A DNA stretch of 26,839 bases, from positions 1 through 26,839 of the IMG/VR virus record IMGVR_UViG_3300016476_000872. The stretch is one strand, 5' to 3'. A program made the position numbers and the translations under genes. Shown piece after piece: positions 16,501 to 25,017 of the stretch. The stretch's first letter is position 1, and each line of letters begins with the position of its first letter. The stretch is from a virus (lineage: Duplodnaviria; Caudoviricetes). A model generated the notes under the pieces. That model made no database searches. It was not told the DNA's origin and worked only from the letters and a program-made list of their open reading frames with translations.

Positions 16501-17707
16501 CGAGCGCAAAAAGTACGAGGGCCAGAAAGTACTCAATCAAGCAGCGGAAGAACTCAGAGGCGGCGGAAATACTCGCGAACAGAGGGTCAAGTTCTTAGAG
16601 ACCCTTACGTCTCAAGCAAACAACATCTTCCCTGACGATCCGTTCAAGGCTTTGCAGTTCGTCATGGAACAGGTTGGTCCGGGCGGCAAACAGTTCCAAG
16701 ATGCACTTGGCCCACTCTTTGGTCAAGAGGGTGAGTTCGGAGATGTTCAGGGGCTGATTTCCGAATATCAAACTCAAACACGAACAAAGGGTCTAACCGC
16801 TTTTGCATCGCAGTTTGGTGCGAACATGCTGTCTCAAGGCATTCAGGTTGATCAAGGTCAACTTCTTACAATGCTTCAAGGCATGCCGTTGGACCAACTA
16901 ACCACCACGGTAACAACGCTCAATAACACCTTCAATGCCATCAAGAACGCAGGCTTGACGGGTGAAAGCGGAATGTCAGTACTTGACGCCAACTTGAAAT
17001 ACCTAAAGATCGAAGGTCTTGAGGCTGTTGTAAAAACGCAAGAAGACACCATGGCTTCAAACATTCAAGCCAAACTTTCAGAAAGCGCTCAAGAAATCCG
17101 AACAGCACTTCGAGAAGCGATTGATTCGACACCGAAGTGGTGGAGTGAACAACCACCTTGGTGGAACACCACGCCCGGAGGCGGGTCCCTCACCGCTCCC
17201 GGCGGCATTGGCGGTGCAGATGGCGATCCAACCACACCGGGCGACACTCGTACGCGTCGAGCATTCGGAGATTCAGTTACTTCACAACTCGGCCGGACCA
17301 TGGCTCGACATGGATTCTTCAACTCCAAACTCTCCGGTAAGCGAACAATCACATCTTCCTTCCGCAACTGGGGCCTTGGCTCAATCAACTCTGACCATGT
17401 AACCGGAAACGCGTATGACCTGACCGGCGACAACTTGGGCTCCTACGCATCCATGGTGAACGGCATGGGCGGATTTGCCGAGTTCCACGGAGCAGGAGGC
17501 AGTCGACACCTTCACGTTGTTCCGGGCCAAACCCCGGTCGGTGATGCCATGTCGCCAGTTGGTGCGACCAGTGCTCCAGTATCCGTCGGCGGCTCAACCT
17601 ATAACATCACGGTCAATGCCACTGCTGGACAAGACGTAAACGCTATTGCTGCCGCAGTGATGACCAAGATTGAAGCCAAAGAACGTTCTAATAGGGAGCG
17701 TGCATAA
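13580..17707 (+). CDS. Tape measure protein with C-terminal M15-like Zn peptidase domain
   Basis: 1375 aa, Ala/Gly-rich helical, after the chaperones. C-terminal 'ITSSFR...SDHVTGNAYD...HLHV' and terminal 'YNITVNA...IAAAV'. Confidence 0.93.
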   Translation: MADERVVIRIDINADTRGIDRVRRKLRELAAEAEVLDRRMERVNNRFEANAEQTDRLTASHTRANRALRDHDRSQERFSNRLNRTSRRLDFGQKAAKRFAGILSTGLKFALIGATIEMVALGAAVATVNGLFTIGQATIKLYRFAMAGVAYAAAAVTAGVATAAAAQREYNAAMVAYRYKSMPALGSGTAQAMSALRMLTSDQQLATFGFQNLNAAFAAVSKNAEFSPALSKALRGIGDFAVASGDMGKGLTAAANFIGLLQKSGSLTEDVLSAAAEVGPEFQKSIEEAQKRGLTSADALMKAMASGELSKTAGLDGALSAINDTLMGQLKAFLTEMIGRFADIGQTFLPGVKQALFDLSSIFRVTLNRVSADLSMFGSGKLLDDIVRVTGKLADIFVTLFEKYLPQSEGMLGKLGGFFGDVGDIFMKIRQFLEPMRDGAKVITDTFGPVIINILKGFGDSMQLISNLAVENRDEFLAFGDALSNVFDKVQRYFNDYKQAFVQGLPFITNLFNAFANTVGGLLTVLEKLFNLVGDGPQAGLLAVLLTGGTMMGISKLKDFGLGKNRQRGGIGDWMTGAAQRITSGNVQRPGGMSAVGTMTVTATAVYVNGPIMGGGGGRGGKPGQPGAGGAYPPGTLLGPDGLPLAPSGGGKLPPPPNLTRAQRAALKMRGLSTGTKVAGGLTGLALMSGLTGSLMPENPFNQEGLLSGAISGLQTGGQIGMIGGPKVAAIAALATAQIGAISGHVRSQNYAPGLDVLNDPLVRGLSMNPQTFGIPMIIGQIAAYLDDRDERDKTRAAAGEMSTAMGTQFGTTLFSQGAEAGKRSLTSINETINEIVTLGDEFNGMGWKDRISKAEALLAQGTINQEQYAVLASEHHGTYIKALNQERDALNEFSTNAMSEYQRKIQSLTTATGMSDKEIEKLATSMGVDLSDASISLADAVSRLGLAMEMTTDQLLASLRKVAFQVIEDVFGRERKKYEGQKVLNQAAEELRGGGNTREQRVKFLETLTSQANNIFPDDPFKALQFVMEQVGPGGKQFQDALGPLFGQEGEFGDVQGLISEYQTQTRTKGLTAFASQFGANMLSQGIQVDQGQLLTMLQGMPLDQLTTTVTTLNNTFNAIKNAGLTGESGMSVLDANLKYLKIEGLEAVVKTQEDTMASNIQAKLSESAQEIRTALREAIDSTPKWWSEQPPWWNTTPGGGSLTAPGGIGGADGDPTTPGDTRTRRAFGDSVTSQLGRTMARHGFFNSKLSGKRTITSSFRNWGLGSINSDHVTGNAYDLTGDNLGSYASMVNGMGGFAEFHGAGGSRHLHVVPGQTPVGDAMSPVGATSAPVSVGGSTYNITVNATAGQDVNAIAAAVMTKIEAKERSNRERA

Positions 17708-18369
17708 TGCCCGAAGTGCGAGCCTCTACCCGTTATCAAGTTGCTGATGCTGGAATCCAAACTCAAGCAAAAGTCAAAGCGTCAATGACTCACTACGGCA
17801 CTGGGATCTTCGGCATTCCTCGGACCTTTGTATTTCCTTACGCCCCCGTAGAAGTTTCGTACAGCGGGCTTTCACGGCAATACACCGAGATTTCACGACC
17901 CGGAGATTTTCCGATCATTGACAGCGTTGGACCCCAGTTGATGAAAGTTCAGTTGGAGTTTCGTGTTGCCGATCCGGCCAGTAATGGAACTCGACCCATT
18001 GAGGATCAACTGGATTTATTGCGTTTGATGTCACTGTTGCCCGGCCCGATTTTGGTAACCAACATGGATGCCTACCTTTCACGACCGATCGCTCCAACGA
18101 TTACATTTGAAGGAATGAAACTCGCCTTTTTCCGAATGACGGACCTTAGCGTTACCGTCAAGCGTAAGGATAGGGATAATCGAGCATCGCAGGCAGATGT
18201 TCAGATGACGCTTTCTGAAGATCGAAACCCCTATATTCCAGCGATTGCTTTACCCCCGATTGACTACAGCGATACACCAACTCGACAGGCATCCAGCGTG
18301 AGCACATCAGGTGGGGCACCTTATGGGGCGACCAAAACCTTTTATGGTGTTGCTGGTCTGCCAGAGTGA
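17707..18369 (+). CDS. Tail tube initiator / distal tail protein (P2 gpU / CIS tube-2-like)
   Basis: Follows the TMP. 'FVFPYAPVEVSYS...YTEISRPG..P' and terminal 'ADVQMTLSE' fit a tube-fold hexamer. Confidence 0.72.
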   Translation: MPEVRASTRYQVADAGIQTQAKVKASMTHYGTGIFGIPRTFVFPYAPVEVSYSGLSRQYTEISRPGDFPIIDSVGPQLMKVQLEFRVADPASNGTRPIEDQLDLLRLMSLLPGPILVTNMDAYLSRPIAPTITFEGMKLAFFRMTDLSVTVKRKDRDNRASQADVQMTLSEDRNPYIPAIALPPIDYSDTPTRQASSVSTSGGAPYGATKTFYGVAGLPE

Positions 18370-18377
18370 GGTGAACA

Positions 18378-19223
18378 GTGTTTGTTCCCGAACTTTACTT
18401 TGGGGATCTGGGGATTCTTGCTGCTTCGGCAGTGACTCAGGCGATTACCAAAATGAGCGTTTCTTATACGCTTGACAGCGTGTCGCAACTCACCTTGGAA
18501 ATCTGGGATGAAGGTGCTCGTTTCAACGAAAACAACTACTTCCTGATTCGCAGAGACATTCGCTACAAGGACACTTTTTACGAAGTTGCAAAAGTTGATC
18601 TGAGTCAGGGAGAAAGCGAATCCCTTATTGTTCAGATTGAGGCCCGAAACAAAGCGTGTCAGTTGATGAAGCGCGATAAAAACCCAGAAGCCTACGGGGG
18701 CATTTCTGCTACTGATTATGCGGCGATTATCGCAGAACGCTACAACCTTCGGTTTGTCGGACAGCCCACTTCAACCAAAAGGGTTATTTCAAAAAACTCA
18801 ACCGATTCGGCAGATACCTCGGTTTGGGATGTTCTCAAGCAACTCGCCGGAGAAGCGCAGTTTGTCATTTTTGAGTCAGACAACACTCTTTATTTTGCGT
18901 CCGAAGAATGGCTGCTTGGGCGTTGGGCAAATATTGACCTAACTCCTCCGGGCATATTTGGCAATCCCAACTTCCCACTCACACAGTTTCCAAACTGCAC
19001 AAAGTCAGATGATGACCCATATCAGGCAGAGTTTCGAGCCCTGATTTTGCGAGAAAACGCTGTAAATCTGCGTGCCGGTATGACGGTCAATCTAAACTTT
19101 GTGAACGGCTTCAATGGCAGGTATCTGATCACGGAAGTCGCCTACGAAGTGAACTCGCCTGATCCTGTGTCGGTTTCTTGTCGGACAGCCCAAAAGCCAG
19201 AGGAGAGGTCATCCAATGGCTAA
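18378..19223 (+). CDS. Baseplate hub protein (P2 gpD / Mu gp44 / T4 gp27-like)
   Basis: 'SVWDVLKQLAGEAQF..F..DNTLYF' and 'LRAGMTVNL....FNGRYLITEVAY'. Confidence 0.85.
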   Translation: MFVPELYFGDLGILAASAVTQAITKMSVSYTLDSVSQLTLEIWDEGARFNENNYFLIRRDIRYKDTFYEVAKVDLSQGESESLIVQIEARNKACQLMKRDKNPEAYGGISATDYAAIIAERYNLRFVGQPTSTKRVISKNSTDSADTSVWDVLKQLAGEAQFVIFESDNTLYFASEEWLLGRWANIDLTPPGIFGNPNFPLTQFPNCTKSDDDPYQAEFRALILRENAVNLRAGMTVNLNFVNGFNGRYLITEVAYEVNSPDPVSVSCRTAQKPEERSSNG

Positions 19224-20637
19224 CAACTACACAAGTCCTGACAAGACAGCATCAGTAGCGTTTCGACCGAACGGCATCTATGCCGGAATCGTTACGCGCG
19301 TTGACACCGGACTTCAACGTGTTTGGGTAATGATTCCCCGTATTGCCAATGGTTTTCAGTTCGGACCACTGTCCGTGGCAACCACGATTTTGCCAATCGT
19401 TGGTGATCGAGTTGCCTGCATGTTTGTGGAAGACCGTCAGGACGACCTTGTCATTCTAGGTTCGCTCAAAAACTCAAACTCGCCTCTGTACACGGCTTCA
19501 ATCACATGTACGTCCACGACTCGCCCTACTGACCCGCCGGTCGGAACCCAGATTTATGAAACCGATACAACAAAAACCCTGATCTGGAACGGGTCTAGTT
19601 GGACAGGTCTGAACATTGACACCCTGCTGGTGGATAACAACACTTTGTACATTGATGCGACAAACAACCGTGTTGGCGTAAACACGGGAACTCCCACAGT
19701 TGCACTTGATGTTGTTGGGGCGATCAAGGCTTCCACATCGATTACCGCTACAACTACTGTGAGCGCGTACGACGTAACGGCAACCGGCACCGTATCTGGA
19801 GCAAGTGTCACCGCTAGTGGTCCTGTGTCTGGAGCAAGCATTAGCGCCAGCGGAGTAGTTTCTGGTGGAAGCATCAGCACCTCAGGCACCGCACAGGTGG
19901 GAACCCTCACTTCAAGTGGAGTTGCACAAGCCACTCGATTGACCCTGACTCAAACCACTGGAACTGCGCCACTAACCATTTCTTCAACCACGCTGGTAAG
20001 CAACCTAAATGCCGATCTCTTGGATGGGCAGCACGGATCTTACTATGCGCCTCCGATTGGAACTATCGCGATTTGGGCTGGTGCGGCAAGTGGGGGAACA
20101 GCGCCCTTCTACACCTCTCTACCTACCGGATATTGTCTATGCGACGGATCGCCACTTGACAGAACTCTTTACTCTGCTTTGTATGCGGCGATTGGCACTC
20201 GATACGGAACGACCCTTTCGAGCAACTTTCTACTTCCGTCTTTTTCTTCCCGGTTGGCTAGTGGTCTTGCTGCGGGGGCAACTCCAACTGTGCCAACGAC
20301 ACTCTCTTCTGGCAATCAGTCGGCTAACCACTCTCACACCATTACCTCAAATGCGGGTAATCAGTCGGCAAGCCACAAGCACAATAACAACTTCAATAGC
20401 AGCGGGCGTGGTCAGTATCATACTCACGGTTTTTCCGTTTACTACAACGGAGGAAACCTTCAGGGTAAAACCACCGGTAATGACAACGAAGATCACATCC
20501 ACTTGATAAGTGGCGATACTGGCGATCAGTTGACCAGTCATTCTCATACCATCACTTCAAACGCTGGCGACCAGTCGGCAAACCACACCCATGCTGTAGA
20601 TGTTGTTCAGATCTATTTCGTGATCCGGTACCAATAA
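19216..20637 (+). CDS. Baseplate central spike (gpV/gp5 OB-fold) fused to a fibre with tail-collar domain and HxH needle
   Basis: N-terminal 'GIYAGIVTRVD...RVWVMIP...LPIVGDRVACMF...LVILG'; collar 'PIGTIAIWAG...PTGYCLCDG..LDRTLYSALYAAIGTRYG...FLLP'; six HxH motifs; terminal 'YFVIRY'. Confidence 0.85.
   Translation: MANNYTSPDKTASVAFRPNGIYAGIVTRVDTGLQRVWVMIPRIANGFQFGPLSVATTILPIVGDRVACMFVEDRQDDLVILGSLKNSNSPLYTASITCTSTTRPTDPPVGTQIYETDTTKTLIWNGSSWTGLNIDTLLVDNNTLYIDATNNRVGVNTGTPTVALDVVGAIKASTSITATTTVSAYDVTATGTVSGASVTASGPVSGASISASGVVSGGSISTSGTAQVGTLTSSGVAQATRLTLTQTTGTAPLTISSTTLVSNLNADLLDGQHGSYYAPPIGTIAIWAGAASGGTAPFYTSLPTGYCLCDGSPLDRTLYSALYAAIGTRYGTTLSSNFLLPSFSSRLASGLAAGATPTVPTTLSSGNQSANHSHTITSNAGNQSASHKHNNNFNSSGRGQYHTHGFSVYYNGGNLQGKTTGNDNEDHIHLISGDTGDQLTSHSHTITSNAGDQSANHTHAVDVVQIYFVIRYQ
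20311..20592 (+). repeat. Imperfect internal duplication encoding G(N/D)QxxxHSHTITSNAG(N/D)QSAxHxH
   Basis: Segments starting at 20311 and 20521 encode near-identical 24-aa units with synonymous divergence. Confidence 0.8.
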
Positions 20638-20691
20638 CACTTGACGCCCTCCCTACATGGAGGTTTGGTCTGAGCGTGAAAGAATGTAAGC

Positions 20692-21012
20692 ATGCAAGCC
20701 TTGGCTTTTCCATTTAGATTCAAAAAGGGACAAGCGGTCACGCTAGACACCGCCGACGAAGCCTATTACGCGCAAAAAGTGGCGTCAGTCGTGTCAACAA
20801 ATATTGGGGAACTGATCCTCCGTCCCCAGTACGGAATCAGCGAGCCTGTGTTTTCCAACTTCGATTCAGCGGGCTTGATTTACACATGCGCCAGCAACTT
20901 CCCAGACGTTCTAATCACTGAGGTGCTTCAGACGTTTTTGGCCGACGGTCGACTAGTTGTTGATGTCAAGTTCGAGATTCTTTCGGAAGGAAACACCAAT
21001 GCCATCGCCTGA
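20692..21012 (+). CDS. Baseplate wedge gp25/gpW-like (sheath initiator)
   Basis: 'LAFPFRF', 'VVSTNIGELILRPQYGI'. Confidence 0.88.
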   Translation: MQALAFPFRFKKGQAVTLDTADEAYYAQKVASVVSTNIGELILRPQYGISEPVFSNFDSAGLIYTCASNFPDVLITEVLQTFLADGRLVVDVKFEILSEGNTNAIA

Positions 21013-22390
21013 CGTAAGCAACTACGTTGACCTAACTGTCTTCGACCTCCAACCGGCAGACATTTACGATTCTGCGGTTGAATATGCTCAAATCGCTCTT
21101 CCCGAGTGGACCCCGGTAGCGGGCAGCGTTGAAGACGCAATCTTGCAGGCCGCCGCAGACATGACCGGTCAACTGATTGGGGCAATCAATCGACTGCCTG
21201 CTGGTGCGGTTGAAGGCTTACTTGCGCTTTTTGGGGTTACTCGAAACTCCGGCACTCAGCCAACTGGAACGGCTACCGTCACTTTTGTTGACGACACCGG
21301 TTACACCATTGCTGCGGGAACTCGCTTTGGATATCTCGATACCAGCGGAAATGACCCAATCCTCTACATCTTTCAAACCACCGAAACCTCTTCGGTTGCT
21401 TCAGGACAGACGACACTTTCGGTGGATATTGAAGGTATCGCTTTGCAGACGTATCCGTCTCTAGCGTCCGGCACCGAGTTGCAGTTGCTTACAGCAGTGT
21501 CCTATATCGACTCAATCGCCCTGAGCACCGATCTGGAGCCGGGCGGCAATGCTGAAACGGATGCTGAATATCTAAATCGAGGCGCAACCGTTTTTGGCAG
21601 CCTTTCGGAAGCGTTGGTTCTTCCTTCACAGTTTGAGCGATACATTCTTGCGAACTATCCAGCGGCCTACAGAGTCAAGTCGCATTCACGGGTAAAAGCC
21701 TACACGGCACCTTCTGCGATCAGCCGATCAAGCAATCTTGTTACGGCAACCGTTTCCTCTGGACATGGCATCGTCGCCGGTGACCCCATTCAGGTTTATG
21801 GCTCAACGATTAGTGGTTCAAGCGCAAACTTTGACGGGATTTTTACGGTAGCAAGTGTTACGTCTACGACTGTCAGGTGGAATCAAACTGGGTCAAATGC
21901 TAGTGCCGCAACAACCGGAATCCTGATCTCTCAGAAGTTACAACAACAGGCCCAAAACGGCTATTTGACGGTTTATGTATCAGGTATTGGAGGGGCATCG
22001 CTTACAGCAACCTCTCTTACCGCCATTGATGCCGACATCACGAACAGGGCGATTGCTGGTTTGGATATCGTTGTAAACAATGCCGTTGTCGCAGATATTA
22101 CTGTGGCTGTTGAGGTAACGCCAAGGCCCGGATATAGCGCTGCTCAGGTTGCAACTCTTGTAGAAACGGCGATTGACAACTACCTAAGCCCTGACTTCTG
22201 GGACTGGTCCCCAATCATCTACTACAACGAGATGATTTCACTTGTCGATCGAGTCGAAGGCGTTGATCGAGTCGTTTCACTTTCATTGAGTGGTCCTGCC
22301 AACTGGACAACCGCGTCAGGAACTGACCTTGCTTTTGATTACTTCGGAATCCTTCCGAGTAATACAACAACAGTCACTGTGAGTTCGTGA
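20999..22390 (+). CDS. Baseplate J-like protein (P2 gpJ / Mu gp47) with an inserted beta-barrel domain
   Basis: 'FGVTR....PTGTATVTF.....TIAAGTRF', 'GGNAETDAEYLNR' and 'SLVDRVEGVDRV'. ATG 20999 follows GGAAGGA. Confidence 0.92.
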   Translation: MPSPDVSNYVDLTVFDLQPADIYDSAVEYAQIALPEWTPVAGSVEDAILQAAADMTGQLIGAINRLPAGAVEGLLALFGVTRNSGTQPTGTATVTFVDDTGYTIAAGTRFGYLDTSGNDPILYIFQTTETSSVASGQTTLSVDIEGIALQTYPSLASGTELQLLTAVSYIDSIALSTDLEPGGNAETDAEYLNRGATVFGSLSEALVLPSQFERYILANYPAAYRVKSHSRVKAYTAPSAISRSSNLVTATVSSGHGIVAGDPIQVYGSTISGSSANFDGIFTVASVTSTTVRWNQTGSNASAATTGILISQKLQQQAQNGYLTVYVSGIGGASLTATSLTAIDADITNRAIAGLDIVVNNAVVADITVAVEVTPRPGYSAAQVATLVETAIDNYLSPDFWDWSPIIYYNEMISLVDRVEGVDRVVSLSLSGPANWTTASGTDLAFDYFGILPSNTTTVTVSS

Positions 22391-23586
22391 TGGGTGTTAT
22401 TGAGAACCTGATTCCGATTGGCTCTTCCCGCTTTCCGACTGATGTCGGTCAGTGGTCTTCTGCGGTTTCGTCAACCCTAACGCGCACCACGAATCAGGTT
22501 TTCAGTCGAACTGGGTATGCGTCACTGGCCGTGACAGCAAGTGGATCTGCCAACGCTTCTGCTCAAATATCCGGACTCCACGTCCCATTTTCGGGGAATG
22601 CCTCTTATGCCGGATTTTCTTTGAGGGGTTTTGCTTGGGTGTGGACCCCAACTTCCATTACGACTTCCATTCAAATCACTCTAACAACCGGAAGCGGATC
22701 AACTTCCGTTTCAGAATCCTTTGTCACTCGGCCAGAAGAGTGGACACTGATTTCAGTGAACTCAGGAGACGTATCTACAACCCAATCAACCAATGTCGCA
22801 ATCAAGGTTGATTTCACATCAATCGGTGCCGGGAATACTGCCTATGTTGCGATTCCCGCTATCGTCGCTCCTCGGTCAGTAAGTTTCAATACCGCAAGCA
22901 ACGAAACTTGGATTCGTTTGCCGGAATACATCAGAAATGCTGATGAAGTTCAGGAAAATCCAAATCTTCCGTTACTGAGATTTATTGAAGTTCTTATGGA
23001 CATCGCCAATCAGGTTGATACGGCTTGGTCCAACTTTCGTTATATCCCCCCAGAGGATGCTGAAGGTGTAGCAAAGCCTTCAACGCTGACCGACCCCTCG
23101 GTCGCCTCGGAGGAAGTTTTGCGTTGGTTGATCGCGATTCTTGGTTCAACATTGCTAAATCCATTCAGTGGATTCACCCCGTGGGCCAACATTGAGTCTG
23201 GGGCCGACCTCAACTCCGATGGAGTTGTTACTTGGGCAGAGTTGACTTCGGCGTTAGACACGATTGACGCTGGCACAACTCTGGAATGGTCTGAGATTGA
23301 AAACTTCAACCCATCAATCACCGGCCTAAGCGCTTTTGAGAAATGGCAGGTTTCAAGTGCTGCCTACGGTCTTCGAGGTGGAACGCTTGCCTCAATAAAG
23401 GCCGCCGCTCAACAGGCTTTCCCCGGTCAGGATCCAGCGGTAACCGTAACCCCTCATTATTTGGGTAACCCTTTCCGTATTGCCGTAACGGTAGCGGGTA
23501 GTTCTGCCGGGGACCTTGGAACAATCGAAGAGTTTGTAAATCCGTCAATGCCAGCGGGATTTGGGTTGACGGTTTTGGCTCCCTAG
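22387..23586 (+). CDS. Baseplate protein I-like (P2 gpI) with N-terminal CBM-like beta-sandwich and an EF-hand-like loop
   Basis: 'LPEYIR..D....PLLRFI', 'DPSVASEEVLRWL..ILG', 'GGTLASIKAA' and terminal 'PAGFGLTV'. The N-terminal ~160 aa are Ser/Thr- and beta-rich. Confidence 0.75.
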   Translation: MMGVIENLIPIGSSRFPTDVGQWSSAVSSTLTRTTNQVFSRTGYASLAVTASGSANASAQISGLHVPFSGNASYAGFSLRGFAWVWTPTSITTSIQITLTTGSGSTSVSESFVTRPEEWTLISVNSGDVSTTQSTNVAIKVDFTSIGAGNTAYVAIPAIVAPRSVSFNTASNETWIRLPEYIRNADEVQENPNLPLLRFIEVLMDIANQVDTAWSNFRYIPPEDAEGVAKPSTLTDPSVASEEVLRWLIAILGSTLLNPFSGFTPWANIESGADLNSDGVVTWAELTSALDTIDAGTTLEWSEIENFNPSITGLSAFEKWQVSSAAYGLRGGTLASIKAAAQQAFPGQDPAVTVTPHYLGNPFRIAVTVAGSSAGDLGTIEEFVNPSMPAGFGLTVLAP

Positions 23587-23630
23587 TGGAAATAGACGCC
23601 TCAAGTAAACTGGTGTCCGGAGGATAGAAA

Positions 23631-24959
23631 ATGACCGTCTCAACCACAACGCGCTTGGGTGTTTACACTTGGAGCGCCGGAACTGATGAGTTCACGCGAG
23701 ACCAGATGACCGATTCGCACACGGCTCTGGAGAACCGTGCCGCCATCTTCCTTCAGGGAACTTTTGCCGCTCGACCTGCTGCCGGTGCATCAAACGCGCG
23801 TGGTTTCTACTTGGCGACCGATCAGGGGATCCTCTACTACTCAGATGGATCCGCTTGGTCGCCCGTGAACTCTTTTGCAACTCCGGTTGCGATTGTGCCG
23901 GGAGACGTCAACACTGCTGGTTCTAGCAGTTTGGCCGCTCGTGCCGATCACAAACACGGTCTCCCCGAGTGGGGCGTGGTGGGTGAAGTGGTTCAAATCG
24001 GAACAACTGCTGCCGCCGGAACGACCGCCAAGTTTGCTCGTATTGATCATCGCCATACTTTGGCCTCCGGTTCAGTTACTGCCGGAACCGTGGCCAGCGG
24101 CGCGCTCAATAACTCAAACGTGTTTACGGCTGGTGTTGTTGGAAACACGGCCATTGCAGACGGCGCAATCACCAAGGCAAAAATCTCCACTGATCAGCAG
24201 ATTCCTGCCGGGTCCATCATGGCCTTTGGAGGAACCAGTGCTCCCACTGGCTGGCTTTTTTGTGATGGAACGTCCTACGCAGTAAATACTTATCCAGATC
24301 TTGCTACTGCCCTGAATGGGCGTTACGGCGGTTCCGCCACTCCGGGTCAGAACTTCAATGTTCCAGACCTTTCTGATCGCTTCCCAAGGGGTGGAGCAAC
24401 GACCGGTGCTGGTGTCACAACCGCTGGCGCTGACTCGGTCACCATTGCTGCGGACAACCTACCCAATCACCTTCACTCAGCCGGAACTCTTGCGGTTGCT
24501 GATCATGCCAACCATGTTCACACACTGGCTGGAACTGGAAGTGGTGCCGTTTCAGTAGATGCCACACACGCTCATAGTGTCAATCCGGTGGGTGGTTCTG
24601 GAAGCGTTTCAAACACTCAGGTACTGCGATATCTTGGGGCAGACTTCCTTATTTTTGGTGGAGGAAATGATCCTTATCAGTTGCTTCCCCCTTATTGGGG
24701 TGGTCGTCCTTCGGATGCTGGTGTTTACTCCAGCCCAGCCGCACTGGGAAATGGTGCTGTTGGTGTAACCATGAATGCCCACAACACCAATAACGGAAAC
24801 GCTACCCATGGGCACTCTTTGACGGGTCAATCGGCTGGCTCGACCACGACACTCAGTCACTCCATTTCAGGAAATACCGGGAATCCTACGGGTACCGTTG
24901 GCCAACTTCTTGATGTCCGACCCAAGAGTGTGACGGTCAACTACATCATCAAGACCTAA
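23631..24959 (+). CDS. Tail fibre with collar domain and HxH metal-binding needle
   Basis: 'GTFAARPAAG...YLATDQG.LYYSDGSAW', 'ARADHKH/ARIDHRH', collar 'PAGSIMAFGGTSAPTGWLFCDG...FNVPDL..RFPRG', HLH/HVH/HAH/HGH, terminal 'VNYIIKT'. Confidence 0.9.
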   Translation: MTVSTTTRLGVYTWSAGTDEFTRDQMTDSHTALENRAAIFLQGTFAARPAAGASNARGFYLATDQGILYYSDGSAWSPVNSFATPVAIVPGDVNTAGSSSLAARADHKHGLPEWGVVGEVVQIGTTAAAGTTAKFARIDHRHTLASGSVTAGTVASGALNNSNVFTAGVVGNTAIADGAITKAKISTDQQIPAGSIMAFGGTSAPTGWLFCDGTSYAVNTYPDLATALNGRYGGSATPGQNFNVPDLSDRFPRGGATTGAGVTTAGADSVTIAADNLPNHLHSAGTLAVADHANHVHTLAGTGSGAVSVDATHAHSVNPVGGSGSVSNTQVLRYLGADFLIFGGGNDPYQLLPPYWGGRPSDAGVYSSPAALGNGAVGVTMNAHNTNNGNATHGHSLTGQSAGSTTTLSHSISGNTGNPTGTVGQLLDVRPKSVTVNYIIKT

Positions 24960-24980
24960 TCATCAAGACTTGACTTACCG

Positions 24981-25017
24981 TTGAGTAACGTCTTGTATTG
25001 CGTACTCTAGTGATGTG
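24981..25017 (+). promoter_or_regulatory. Putative sigma-70-type promoter TTGAGT-N16-TACTCT with leaderless GTG start
   Basis: -10 element at 25003-25008 ends 6 nt before GTG 25015; no SD. Confidence 0.45.

Noticed and set aside
20311-20592. DGR template/variable repeat pair
   Set aside because: Both copies are in-frame parts of one fibre, the differences are not adenine-specific, and there is no reverse transcriptase in the window.
10834-24959. Extracellular contractile injection system or tailocin rather than a phage
   Set aside because: Terminase, head-tail adaptor, neck gene and a long tape measure indicate a DNA-packaging phage.
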